NCBI GenBank assembly: GCA_002269645.1
Contig: NIVC01001143.1
Span: 248,001 to 312,000, forward strand
Origin: Macrostomum lignano
Lineage: Eukaryota
Length of the DNA stretch: 64,000 nt
Reading direction: 5' to 3'
Below the pieces are notes generated by a model. It saw nothing but the letters and a program-made list of their open reading frames with translations, made no database searches and was not told the origin of the DNA. The translations under genes were made by a program, and so were the position numbers. This document shows positions 1 to 30,078 of the stretch, piece by piece (within the stretch, counting starts at the first letter, position 1; the number at the start of each line of letters is the position of its first letter).

Positions 1-1187
1 ATCTCAACCTGAATCAAAGCTTAGCGGCGCAGCATCTGTTGGCTCAACTTTGCCTACTCAAATTATTGCAATAAAGCTCTCTCTGATTTGGCTCAAGATT
101 GGTGACCGATGGATGTTTGCTCACTACTCAACATTGCCGAGGCGAGCTAGGAGTGCAAGGCAAACTGCAGCTGGGGCGGGAGTCGGGTATTAGCTGGTTT
201 CGTGCCTTCCACTCGCCTTTCTGCGCTGCCGACAGAAACTTACTGAAGCAAAGAGCGACTAGCTTCGTTTCTTAGAATTTTCTATTTTTAGAACATCTTA
301 GGATAAAACCGTCAAGAATTTCTGAGAAACGAAAGGAAACGAATCCAATTCTTCTACTTCAGTCGCGGCTGCTTGAACCCTGTTTACCTGCGTCTCCCGT
401 TTTTATTGAGACACAGTTACGCTTGTAGAAGGAAACAGTGCTGGGCCTGGCAGTGCTGCAGTAGGGCGGGATGCCTCTCTGTTCTTACTATTAACCCACA
501 CAGGACCCATTCGCATTGATGCATTCACCCGCTGCGCTGCTGCTGGGGGGGGGGGGCAGCGTTCAGCATCTGCGCTTTGCGATTTTGAAGGTCAACCCAC
601 TTTCACCTCATGGACTCCGCCAGGGACTTTATTTGATTACTCGGCCGAAATGCCGAATGCCCGCCGACCGAGGGGGGGGGGGTTTGGAAGCGCCCATAAA
701 TCTGCCATTTCTGCTGGAGCCGCGAGTCCCAGGTAAGAAAATATGCCAAGCCCGCGACAGCTACTGCAAGTAGGGAAGAGGGGAAGGTGCTGCGGTCACT
801 GATTGGAGGCCGCAGGTCTGGAAGCGCCGCGGCTGGATGCTGCAGCAGCCCCTGGAGCCCCTAAAACTGGCTGAAACTGCGAAGCTGGCACACCAGACAG
901 GCCGGGGCGCACGGAGGCCAGTGCGCTGAAGAATCTCCCCAGACAGGGGAGGCCGCAGCTCGCCAGTTTATCGACCCGATGCGGACAGAGCGGGCGGGGG
1001 GATCGGCAGGGAGGCTGAAATCCCCGGGGACGAGGGGGAAATGCCGGGGCTGCTGGCCGGGCCGCACAAGCGCATAAGAAGCGGAGCTCGGCCAGGTAAA
1101 ACTCCCTGCACGCCAGCGAATCTCGCAACCCAAGCAGCCAGCTGCCGCTTCGTCATCCTCCCACGCACGCCAGCCAGTTCCTCTCGG

Positions 1188-4100
1188 ATGCCCGTGGGCC
1201 AGTCGGACACGATGTTGATGGAGCAGCAGCAGCAGCAGCAGCCGTTCTACCCGCAGCAGAACGGCTTCGCTGATGTGGACCCTGCGGCGGCGGCTGCGGC
1301 GGCTGCTGCGGCTGCTGCGGCGGCGGCCGCAGAACCAGCGGGCGAGATGCCGCGCTTCGTGAAGCAGCCGGAGCCGGCGGTGCGGGTGGACGAGGGCGAC
1401 TTCGCACACATGGAGTGCCGCCTGCAGCCGGCGGGCGACGGCTCCGTGCAGGCCGAGTGGTTCAAGGACGGCCGGCCGCTCACGGCGGGTGCGGGAGGGG
1501 GAGCGGTTTTCTAAGAAACAGCCTTTCCCAAGAGTGACAGGGCGGCTCTTTTTCCTCATTGCAGGCTCGCGGTTCTACAGCAGCTACGACCGCGGCTGCG
1601 TGCTGCTGGACATTCTGTACACCCACCCGGAGGACAGCGGGCAGTACGTCTGCGTCGCGCGCAACCGCTGGGGCTCGGAGCAGTCGCAGCCGCTGCAGCT
1701 CACGTGCGTTCGGCTTGGATTTAATGAGAGGCTGTGATCTCAGTGCAGCACTGCAGCAGTGCCCACTCAGTGTCTGAGCAGGCATAAGCGGTACCCACTC
1801 AGTATCTGAGCAGACAGAAGCGGTACCCACTCAGTGTCTGAGCAGATAGAAGCGGTACCCACTCAGTATCTGAGCAGACAGAAGCAATACCCACTCAGTG
1901 TCTGAGCAGGCATAAGCGGTACCCACTCAGTATCTGAGCAGACAGAAGCGGTACCCACTCAGTGTCTGAGCAGATAGAAGCGGTACCCACTCAGTATCTG
2001 AGCAGACAGAAGCAATACCCACTCAGTGTCTGAGCAGACAGAAGCGGTACCCACTCAGTATCTGAGCAGACAGAAGCAATACCCACTCAGTGTCTGAGCA
2101 GACAGAAGCAATACGCACTCAGTATCTGAGCAGATAGAAGCGGTACCCACTCAGTATCTGAGCAGACAGAATCAATACCCACTCAGCGTCAGCATCAGGC
2201 CGTGCCAATCCGCTCCCGCAGGGTGGTGCCGGAGGACGCGCCCCCAGTGGAGCAGTTCAACCAGGCGGCGGTGGCAGAGCTGGACCAGCAGCTGCAGGCG
2301 GCCAACCGTCAGCCAAAGTACGGCGGCAGCGATGCCGGAGCTCCGCAATCGCCGCCGCAGTTTGTGCGGCCGCTGGCCAACGTGTCCGTGCAGGAAGGCC
2401 AGCCGGCTCACTTCGAGACCAGCGTGACACCCAGCGCCGACTCCACTATGCAGGCCGAGTGGCTGAAGGACGGCGCCCCGGTGACCCTGGGCTCCCGGGT
2501 GCAGGCCCTGTTCGAGCGGGGCTACGCGGCGCTGGAGATTCTGTACTGCCGGCCTGAGGACAGCGGCCGCTACACCTGCGTGGCCACCAACCGGCTGGGC
2601 CGGGCGGAGTCCAGCGCCGCCGAGCTCAGGTAAAAATCTATCTGAGCTTTTCCATAGCAACGGTTGCTAAGGCCGCGCTAATACAAGGAAAAACCAAATT
2701 AAAAACCGATTCCAGCTGCACGGGATCCGTCGGGGTGGTGACGACTTCGAATCTGTCTGAAGCGTCCGTGATGAACATTCGCCGACTCGAAGAGTTCGGA
2801 GAGGAATTCAAACCGTGAGTGGGCGCGCAAACAAAATTCTCACAAGCTACTATCAGTAGCTGACGAACTTAAGCATTTTTCCTTAAAAAACACTCAGCCT
2901 GAGCGAGCGGCAGCAGGCGCAGGACCCGCCCAAGTTCCTGTCCGCGATCAGCCCGCCCCAGCTGGAGGTGAAGGAGAACTCGCCCGCCACCTTCGAGGTG
3001 CAGGTGGCGCCCGGCAGCGGCAACCGCATCGAGCTGGCCTGGTTCAAGGACGGCCAGCAGCTGCAGACGGGCTCCCGCATCAACAGCCGCCTGGAGATGG
3101 GCGTCGCCTCGCTGGACATTTACTACGCCTACGCCGAGGACTCGGGCACCTACAGCGCCGTGGTGTCCAGCGAGTTCGGCCAGGACCAGTCGGCCCCTGC
3201 TCAGCTGAGCTGCCTGCCTGAGCACGGCGTGGTGACCGCCTCCCAGCTGCCCGGCAACGCCGAGCAGAGCATCCGCAACCTCATGATGTTGGAGGAGGAG
3301 CTCGGCCGGGCGCGGGACTCTGGGGAGGCGCCGGCGGCTGAGGCTGGAGCTCCACAGGTTGGCGAATGATGGCAAACTGATTTGTTTACCATGAACAATA
3401 GTGCGTAGCCATAGCAACTGATTTGTTTACCATGGGAAATTGTGCGTAATCATAGCAACTGAATTGTTTATCTTGGATACAACATAACGACATCCCCGTC
3501 GCTTTAATTTCAGGTAGTCCGGCCGCTGGCCCCCCTGCCCGAGGTGAAGGAGAACGACCAGGTGTACATGGACCTGCAGGTGGAGCCAGTAGGCGACGGC
3601 AACATCCGGGTGGACTGGTTCCGCAACGGCCAGCCGCTGAACTACGGCTCCCGGGTGCGCATGGAGTACGAGAGGGGCGTGGCCTCGCTGCACCTGCTGC
3701 ACTGCTACCCGGAGGACAGCGGCGAGTACTGGGCGGTGGTCAGCAACAAGGCCGGCAGCGTGGAGAGCAACCGAGTCGGCCTCGTCTGCCACGCCGGCGA
3801 CGCTGTGGTGACGCAGTCGCAGCTGCCTGGCGACTCGCAGGGCTACAAGAAGCTGGAGGAGATGGAGCGCGAGTGGCGCGAGTGAGCAGTCTTCTGGGAT
3901 CTTACCTGGGATCTCATTCGGGACCTCATCTGGGATCTCATTCGGGACCTCATCTGGGATCTCATTCGGGACCTCATCTGGGATCTCATTCGGGACCTCA
4001 TCTGGGATCTCATTCGGACCTCATCTGGGATCTCATTCGGGACCTCATCTGGGATCTCATTCGGGACCTCATCTGGGATCTCATTCGGGACCTCATCTGG

Positions 4101-6271
4101 GATCTCATTCGGGACCTCATCTGGGATCTCATTCGGGACCTCATCTGGGATCTCATTCGGGACCTCATCTGGGATCTCATTCGGGACCTCATCTGGGATC
4201 TCATTCGGGACCTCATCTGGGATCTCATTCGGGACCTCATCTGGGATCTCATTCGGGACCTCATCTGGGATCTCATTCGGGACCTCATCTGGGATCTCAT
4301 TCGGGACCTCATCTGGGATCTCATTCGGGACCTCATCTGGGATCTCATTCAGGACCTCATCTGGGATCTGGGATCTGAGATCTGATTTGGGATCAAAGTT
4401 TGCTCAAACCGCCAGGGCGCCGGTCACGGAGGCGGACTATCAGTTCAGCCAGCCGCAGGAGCCGCAGTCGACGCCTCAGTTCGACGTGGTCCCGGAGGCC
4501 AACACCGTCTGCGAGGGCTACACGGCCAGGTTCCTGGTGAAGCTGAGCGGAAACCCCAGGCCGCGGGTATCCTGGTACATCAATGACCTCATGATTGCTC
4601 AGGTGAGTCCCACAGCGCTCGAGACCCGACAGCTGCTAGAAGTGACTCCTGGCAGAAAACATGACCTTACGACCGTTCATAGCATGACCGATCATACAAT
4701 CTTGCAGACCTCCAACTACAAGATCTACAACGATGGCGCCATCAACTACCTGGAGATTCTGCGCTGCAAGGAGCCCGGCGAGACCCGCGTGAAGGCGGTG
4801 GCCCGCAACCAGCTTGGCGAGGCGGTCGCCGAGTCCACCCTGACGGTGGTGCCCACTGAGGACTTCCGGCCGGAGCTGAAGCATGTGCAGCTGGGTGAGC
4901 CGGCGACCACTTCCCACTGTCATAGCTTTATAAGTACATGTAATATTGAGTAGTCTGACTCTCTTGATCAGCAGTTAACTCTCCGCAGCTTCAATGCTTC
5001 CAGCGCCCGCTGGTAGGCCCCGAGCGAATCTCCGTGCGGTAACGTAAACTGACTCAACAGAGAACTCCTGGCTAACCCAACTCTTTGTCCTTAAAAAGTT
5101 ACCCTGTTTAATAATTTTTACATTTTACAGCAACTTCAACTAACTGACATCCCCGCTGACAGGCTGCACCGATTTTTACAGAATTTGTTTTACTCTTCCT
5201 AACCAAACCAATCAAAGCAATGCCAACAACAATTTTGAACCCTGGAAGCTGTTGTGAAAGAAGCAAATGTTATGCAAAGCCACCGCCCTGCGCATCCCCT
5301 GGAATTGCCAGAGAACAATTTCAAGCGGCTGCTCGACCTGCGCAAGGTGCAGCGGTCCGACGAGCTGGAGACGAAGATCGGCAAGCCGAAGGCGTCAATC
5401 ATCGAGTTCCGCAAGGTGGAGCGAGGTGAGCCCGCGGGAGTGCCGCTGTTGGGGACTCTTTAAAGGAATTTATACTGCGAATGCCTTCATGAATTTTGCT
5501 TCAGAGTCGGAGATCAAATCGAGACTGTTCAAGGACCCCGAGGTCGAGCAGGCCGAGATGATGTACCTGAGCACACAGGCCGGGCTCAAAGGCGGGCATT
5601 ACGCCGGCCTGATGGAGGTGCAAGAGGTGCACGAGATGCAGCTGCAGCAGCACAAGGAGCAGCTGAAGGCTGAGGCCCGTGCGGCTGAGGCAGCCCAAAA
5701 TAAGCAGCAGTTCGCCCCAGGCCAGCCTCAGCAGCAGTTCGCCCCAGGCCAGCAGCCTCAGCAGCAGTTCGCCCCAGGCCAGCCTCAGCAGCAGTTCGCC
5801 CCAGGCCAGCCTCAGCAGCAGTTCGCCCCAGGCCAGCCTCAGCAGCAGTTCGCCCCGGGTCAGCAGCCTCAGCAGCAGTTCGCCCCAGGCCAGCCTCAGC
5901 AGCAGTTCGCCCCAGGCCAGCCTCAGCAGCAGTTCGCCCCAGGCCAGCAGCCTCAGCAGCAGTTCGCCCCAGGCCAGCCTCAGCAGCAGTTCGCCCCAGG
6001 CCAGCCTCAGCAGCAGTTCGCCCCGGGTCAGCAGCCTCAGCAGCAGTTCGCCCCAGGCCAGCCTCAGCAGCAGTTCGCCCCAGGCCAGCCTCAGCAGCAG
6101 TTCGCCCCAGGCCAGCAGCCTCAGCAGCAGTTCGCCCCAGGCCAGCAGCCTCAGCAGCAGTTCGCCCCAGGCCAGCAGCCTCAGCAGCAGTTCGCCCCGG
6201 GTCAGCAGCCTCAGCAGCAGTTCGCCCCAGGCCAGCCTCAGCAGCAGTTCGCCCCGGGCCAGCCCCGCTGA
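1188..6271 (+). CDS. Mini-kettin/titin(sallimus)-like muscle protein: 5 I-set Ig domains with kettin-type linkers and a Gln-rich repeat tail
   Basis: Phase-consistent GT-AG exons: 1188-1488, 1565-1707, ~2187-2629, 2716-2814, 2898-3357, 3514-3881, 4416-4602, 4708-4894, 5312-5425, 5505-6271 (TGA). I-set motifs repeat (P.F..PL, W.KDG..L..GSR, L.I.Y..PEDSG.Y.C.A.N..G). Linkers such as VVTASQLPG..IRNLMMLEEE and VVTQSQLPG..YKKLEEMERE resemble kettin linkers. The start ATG and the exon-3 acceptor (2187/2193/2199) are uncertain; upstream donors at ~732 and ~1096 suggest further 5' exons. Confidence 0.85.
1760..2186. repeat. 32-bp intronic tandem array (CCCACTCAGTATCTGAGCAGACAGAAGCGGTA), ~13 copies
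   Basis: Read directly; fills kettin-like intron 2 up to the acceptor. Confidence 0.95.
3895..4370. repeat. 24-bp intronic tandem array (GGGACCTCATCTGGGATCTCATTC), ~20 copies
   Basis: Read directly; lies in intron 3882-4415. Confidence 0.95.
5700..6265 (+). repeat. Coding tandem repeat, 27/30-bp units encoding QQQFAPGQP / QQQFAPGQQP
   Basis: In frame in the last exon of the kettin-like gene, immediately before the stop codon. Confidence 0.9.
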
Positions 6272-6473
6272 CACCCGATGGCCCAGTGACAAAGCGACCT
6301 GCGCCTCCAACACACACGTAGCTGCATGCACTCCCCCCGCGCGCACAGAAAACTAAAAAGCGACTCACTGACTGAATCCAGCTCTACTATAAACGCTTCC
6401 TCATTCTCTAGCATGCCCCGCTTAGTTCACCCAAATCCCCGCACTGTAGGCGGCTCCCCGAGCGGCTACTCAC

Positions 6474-23951
<17,478 letters not shown>

Positions 23952-26322
23952 GGCTGCTGGGGCTTTCCGGAGCTATTGGAGAATGAGGAGTTTCAATTTA
24001 AAATTCCTGTTTATTCAAAATTCAAGATTTTGATTTTTTGTAACTGAAAGTCAGTTAGAAAATCTTAGAACCTCATTTTTATCCCTGTCTTTGTTAGATA
24101 TAATTATGGAATAATATTATTCTTGCTAAATAGCATTTAATTTCAATTCCACTAAACTCTATTGCATTAAAACTCAATTTGAAGTTCATTTTTCTTTTAT
24201 AATTTCTATAGAGCTGTTACAGTTATTTTATGTGATCGATTGAGGGATTTAATTTCTTATCTGTGTCAACTCGATCTTCTGTAGGTTCAAATAAATATTT
24301 CAATTTTAATATAATTTAGCTATACACTAGAAATACACAATGCTTCAAAGTTATAGTATTACTATCTTATAAGATCTTTAAAATTCAAGTCGAGTGACTC
24401 TTTTAACTTTGAAATCTTATGCTTAACAAAACAATAAAACAGAATTAAAGTGTAAAAACTTGAGAATATCAGGAGCCAATATTCATTTAGAATAATATTA
24501 GAATGAATTCTGCTGTTGTAATCTCAAATGCTGGCATTATAGTCCTGACGACTAACCTATCTAAAATTTCTCTGATTGAAAAAAATCAAAAGATATTTTA
24601 TGCATACAGTGATAGAAGAGTTGTTTTAATGATAACATCGATGCGTGGACTCCCTAAGTCTAAGATTAAGAATAAATGAAGCTTTCAGTTAGAAACAAAA
24701 AATAGACTGGTTTAGAGTTTACCGTTCAGTATTTCAACTTTTACGTAGGAAGTGACTGCAGAGAAGTAATTTGTAAATAAAGACTTGATCTACGAACCAA
24801 GTTTATAAAGATAAATTTGTCGAGCCTCGTGCTCGTGCTATGTTAAATATATATATATATAAAATATGATCGCTGGTGGGTAAGTTGAAATATAATGCAG
24901 CACTCAATTAACTTCTGGATAAGTTGTAGAGATATTTCGTGCTTAACGTCAGCTTAATATATAAAGCCTTAAGGATAGCTTAAAAGTAATTTTTAATCAG
25001 TTAATGTTTTAATTATTGTATGATTTTTGTTTAAAAAACTGTAAACAATCGTCCGGAGGATTCTATTATGGCCCTATCTGAATCCGTAGGCAAAATTCAA
25101 TTTATGTTTAAGTTTTAATTTACAAAAACGAGCCAAGTAAAATGAACCAAGTAATCAATGAAACAAAACAACAGAGACAATTGGCGTTACTTTCGTAATA
25201 AGTAACTTGTCCAGATCGAATAGTCAATGAAGCTATTATAGATGACACCGCCAGACTGCATGAGGCTACGAAAACGCTGGAGAGTGTTACCGGTATAATA
25301 GACAAGAGTCCTTGTCTTGTCTATTTTCGGGGCAGAAGATTTATAGTATTCCACACGAGCAAAAATTGTGTTGCGATACAAGAATATTACACTGCTGCGA
25401 ATACTGCAACAGCTAGTCAATCACACGCCTTTGCTGACTTGTCTTTAGCTGTCCTAACTTATTTCACTTTTAAAGCGACCTCTTTTGCGTATACATGCAG
25501 GTACATGTATTTACCGGTAAGAATGCTTGGACTTGGATGACTCGCTTGAACACCCACTTTTGAGAATAGGAGAATTTGAGGGCTTGCCATAATACAGTCA
25601 TACAGTACAGTAAATATACAATAAATACGCTCGTATATGCAGCCACATTAAGACACTACCTAAATCATGAATTCCTACTACTCTTCTAAAGTAAGTCCTT
25701 GCATGCACCTTCATGTGGAAATTTACAGATGGTTTTTTCCACTTTATGCCCAATATTTTTTCAGCTGTATGTTCCCGCAGTTAAAAATTGTTTCTTAGTC
25801 GGACAGACAAATTAAACTAATTAAACTACATGTTATAACCGCATGTAATTAACTTGTAATTAAACGCAGAAGGGAACTACTATTATTTTACTGTCCTTTA
25901 GGGATATTCATGTGCTTCCATGTGCAATGCGTAGAGGGAACTTCCACTTTCGGTCCATTGTTACCAAATGGGAGTTCGGTGTGCTAAACCATACATGTAC
26001 ACGCGCGCAGAAGCGCTTACGTACATGCAGCAAGGTACCAAATGAGTATATGCAGTTTTAAACAGTATTGAGTTGTTCTGTCTCGCGAAAGCATTCTTGC
26101 GATGACGCACAGATCGAATCGTGAGTCGGTCATGGCACCTCGTTCTATTGGTTGATTCACTCCCGTATCCTTGCTACTTAAGTTCATAATCTATTGATCA
26201 ATATGCAGCTCGTATAAAGCTACCGCGGATCTTTTGAGCTCACAATATTTTATCTGATCTGCATCAGAGGTGGTCAACACAAAAAGTAAAAGTAACAAAA
26301 GTAAACTTGGATCACAGAAATC

Positions 26323-27276
26323 ATGGCCGAGAGCGACATTTTCGACATTCTGAACTGCATCAGCAAGGCGATCTTGGAAATCAAGCCGCTGCGAGACACC
26401 AGACCGGAGCTGGGCCGCGCTATCGAAGAGGTCAAAAAGCACGCGGATGTGGTGGAGAAATTCAGCCTGCCGAAGGGTGAGCAGCTCGATGACTTGAAGC
26501 TTTCGAGCAAAGAAAGGAGTTATTGGAAGGCGCGCATCTTGAAGCTGACAGATGCGCTGACTCCGTTGCTGAGCTCGCTGCGGTTGGAACTGTGCACAGC
26601 CCGCGACACCAGCTGCGAGCTCGAGCGCTGGCTTCGTAGCTCCGACACAGCAATCCGAGAATTCGACGGCTTTGTTAATAAAATCAAAGCCGGTTCCTCG
26701 TCGGTACCACGACAGGTCGTAGAGAACTTGTGCGCCTTCCTGCGGCAGTTTGAGCAGATGGGGGAAGCCTTCTCCAGCACATTCGAGGCGTTCAACAGTC
26801 AGCTGAGCAGGGCGCAGCAGCTGACTGAGCAGCTTCAAGCCGAAATGGACCGGCAGTCGATCGAAATAAGCAGAAAAGCGGGCAGAGACATGTGGCTTCG
26901 AGTGGCCGAAGCTCTGGGCTGGACGGTGGGCTCTGCCGGTGTCGTGATGCTCGGCTTTTATTACGGCGCTCAGACCTTGGACATGGCCGCTTCGATGTTT
27001 AAAAAAGCCATTAAAAATTTCAAACAGGCGAACGGAATCCGGAGGACAAAGCGAGCGCTGCCACGCCGGATCATGCAGAACTGCGACAAAGGCTTGGCCG
27101 CTGCCCTTGCCCGCGACCTGACGGTCAGCTGTGACCGAGCCGCCAGCATCCAGTGGAGTACGCAGTTCACGGAGATACTGAAATGCCTGGACGTCATCAT
27201 CACCACCAGAGCCAGTGAGGAGAGGATCGCTCAGCTGCAGAAGCGACTTCGGGACCTTGGCATTGAGGATGACTAG
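26323..27276 (+). CDS. Intronless 317-aa alpha-helical protein with one hydrophobic segment, unknown family (paralog of 32396-33343)
   Basis: Clean ATG-to-TAG ORF. Hydrophobic stretch VAEALGWTVGSAGVVMLGFYYG. Aligns with the 32396 ORF (15/36 identities in one block). Confidence 0.8.
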   Translation: MAESDIFDILNCISKAILEIKPLRDTRPELGRAIEEVKKHADVVEKFSLPKGEQLDDLKLSSKERSYWKARILKLTDALTPLLSSLRLELCTARDTSCELERWLRSSDTAIREFDGFVNKIKAGSSSVPRQVVENLCAFLRQFEQMGEAFSSTFEAFNSQLSRAQQLTEQLQAEMDRQSIEISRKAGRDMWLRVAEALGWTVGSAGVVMLGFYYGAQTLDMAASMFKKAIKNFKQANGIRRTKRALPRRIMQNCDKGLAAALARDLTVSCDRAASIQWSTQFTEILKCLDVIITTRASEERIAQLQKRLRDLGIEDD

Positions 27277-27589
27277 CAGATGATGATGTTGGATCGGACT
27301 CGTTTCAGCTTCCTCTGCAACCATGGTGACTAGCAATATATAACTGACATCTTCCCTGGTTCAATTCATACTTAAAATCAACCCAAAACGTTGTAAGGAC
27401 AAATTTGTTCCTCTTCTGATGGCTGAATTTCTTCTGAACTCTTGTCGATTGGTTTGTGAGTTCAAAGTTTGTGAGTTGGCTCGTACTTAGGATTATTAAT
27501 TAACCAGCTTTCGAATTGGCTTCAAATATATTTGCCTAATACACTAAAGAAACAAATTTTTTCAGAGTCTTCTTTCAAACTCTCTTTAC

Positions 27590-28312
27590 ACTGACTGACT
27601 TGAGTGAGTGGGTGACTGACTGACTGACTGACTGACTTGAGTGAGTGGGTGACTGACTGACTGACTGACTGACTTGAGTGAGTGGGTGACTGACTGACTG
27701 ACTGACTGACTTGAGTGAGTGGGTGACTGACTGACTGACTGACTGACTGACTGACTGACTGACTTGAATGAGTGGGTGACTGACTGACTGACTGACTTGA
27801 GTGAGTGGGTGACTGACTGACTGACTGACTTGAGTGAGTGGGTGACTGACTGACTGACTTGAGTGAGTGGGTGACTGACTGACTGACTGACTGACTGACT
27901 TGAGTGAGTGGGTGACTGACTGACTGACTGACTGACTGACTGACTGACTGACTTGAGTGAGTGGGTGACTGACTGACTGACTGACTGACTTGAGTGAGTG
28001 GGTGACTGACTGACTGACTGACTGACTGACTGACTGACTGACTGACTTGAGTGAGTGGGTGACTGACTGACTGACTGACTGACTGACTGACTTGAGTGAG
28101 TGGGTGACTGACTGACTGACTGACTGACTGACTGACTGACTGACTTGAGTGAGTGGGTGATTGACTGACTGACTGACTGACTGACTTGAGTGAGTGGGTG
28201 ATTGACTGACTGACTGACTGACTGACTGACTGACTGACTGACTGACTGACTGACTGACTGACTGACTGACTGACTGACTGACTGACTGACTGACTGGCTG
28301 ACTGACTGACAG
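27590..28312. repeat. Compound microsatellite: (GACT)n runs punctuated by TGAGTGAGTGGGT
   Basis: Read directly. Confidence 0.93.
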
Positions 28313-28399
28313 CTGGGATAAAAACAAGTAGGATTAAAGCCACTAGGATCAGAGCAGCAGGAATTTAAAGCAACTGGGAATAACCAACATGGGTTAAAG

Positions 28400-28575
28400 C
28401 CCCAGCAATTAAAACTATTGGCATTTAAGCAACAGGGATTGAAGCAACATGGATTAAAGCAACATGGATTAAAGCAACATGGATTACAGCAACATGAATT
28501 ACGAGTAAGCGACTGGAATTAAAACAAATGGGATTACTGGGATCAAAGCAGCAGAATTAAAGCAACTGGGATTAT
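28400..28575. repeat. Degenerate 15-bp array (GGATTAAAGCAACAT)
   Basis: Three near-exact copies plus degenerate flanking copies. Confidence 0.75.
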
Positions 28576-28624
28576 CTATAGCCTTCATAGTTCAGAGTCG
28601 GTGCGTCCAGTTTTCACCAGCAGT

Positions 28625-29720
28625 TCAGCGCACCAGACCGAAGAAGCTGCGGATCTCAGCCTCGGTCATTGAGTCGTTCATGACAGCCACTGCCTGCACC
28701 GTGCCGTTCAGCATTCGCGAGTCGCCACGTTGAAATCCGAGTCTCAGACTGGTGCAGTTGGGAATACCCGATGCAGTATATGAGCCAATCACAGTCCCCT
28801 TTTCCCGCGGCACGAAGCCTCCGTTGGAGAAGAAAGTTCGGCTCGTGACTGACGCCGACGTCAGGCCGACTTCCACGAACGAATTCGCGTCAAGAATAAC
28901 TCGAAGCGATCTTGACGCCGAACAGGCCTCTTGAAGCTCCGTCCCAGAAGGCGGCTCCAAAGCCACTCCAAGCGGTGCAGTCGTAGCTCTCAAGAATTGG
29001 TGCATCCCCGATCTCCCGCTTGAGCCTGACCAGCCACGTGAGTCCCTGCTGCAGGTTCGCGAGCTCCACGTTCTCCAGCCACATCTTGGACGACACTCCG
29101 TCGAGCTTGGCTCCCTCGCTGCTCCACTCCACATTCTCCGACATCCACTGCTGCGTCTGGCCGCACACCAAGTTGCTCCTGCTGGCGCTCATCACTAAGG
29201 CGGCCCTCAGCTTCGAGACCACACCCATCACTGCTCAAAGTGATGAAGAACGCAGCTCTGTCATTGGCGAATGCGGCACAGCGGCGGGGCTGCGAGCTCT
29301 CCGCAGCAGCGAGTCCATCGATCAGGTGGCACACTGCGGTGAATTGGAAGAGCGAGCAGTCGCGGCTGTCCGAGTCGGACTGGGCCACCTGCAGGCCGCT
29401 CGAGCCAGCCTCCATGAGTCACTCGCTGATTCCTCTCGGAGTCTGGGCCGCCCGCACTGTCAGATTCTCAGGCAGGCACTGCGGGCTGCTCAGGCGGTGC
29501 CAAGAGCCCGGTAGGCTCTCACAGAGGACCAGCTGGGCCAGATAGGCCGCTGCGGGGCAGAACGGAGACTGGAGTAGCGATGAAGCTGGTTGCCATGCTG
29601 ACTGCAGTGCGATATTGCGGATGCAAGAGCTGGGAGGGAGGCAGTCGGCAAAAATCCTGCATGTAGTAAAATTTATCCTGCTCCCGTTGTTGAGCTCAAT
29701 CGCCCCTAGCAACCAGTTGT
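28625..29720 (-). pseudogene. Frameshifted LamG/concanavalin-like domain gene (possibly with a PAN/apple-like N-terminus)
   Basis: Pieces in different frames: GAKLDGVSSKMWLENV..LTWLVRLKR..APILE (LamG-like start) and LRLGFQRGDSRMLNGTVQAVAVMNDSMTEAEIRSFF (LamG-like end). Frame switches near ~28950 and ~29230. Could be assembly errors. Confidence 0.4.
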
Positions 29721-30078
29721 CCAAGCCGTTAGCTCAGACTTCAGCCACCTCAGCCCCTCCGATGCCCTGCGCTGTGGATGAACAGCGAAATTTGTAGAAT
29801 TGAAAATGCGGCTCGCCGCTCCGAATGCCGGTGGCGCGGAGCTGCGAAACTGGTGAGATGCGGCTGCCAGCGCCGCGGGCAGGCAGGAGTGAAATCGCCC
29901 CTACCAGCAGCTGTCCAAGCCATCAGACCCACCTTAGAAACTATCAAATGTCAACTTAAAATGCATAAAACTTACCATAGAACTTTAGGCAAGTTTCTAG
30001 AATGCCTCAGCTGCTTATTTAAAAGAAGCAAAGACTCAAACGAGATTACAAAAAGTTTCTCAAACTAAAGGCCTCAAC

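Noticed and set aside
4975-5060. Possible next SHIP exon (minus frame ..LGAYQRALEALKL..)
   Set aside because: No AG acceptor gives the phase required by the 6474 donor, and the similarity is weak.
25200-25545. Open frame of ~110 codons without an ATG
   Set aside because: No recognisable motif or splice context; AT-rich intergenic DNA.
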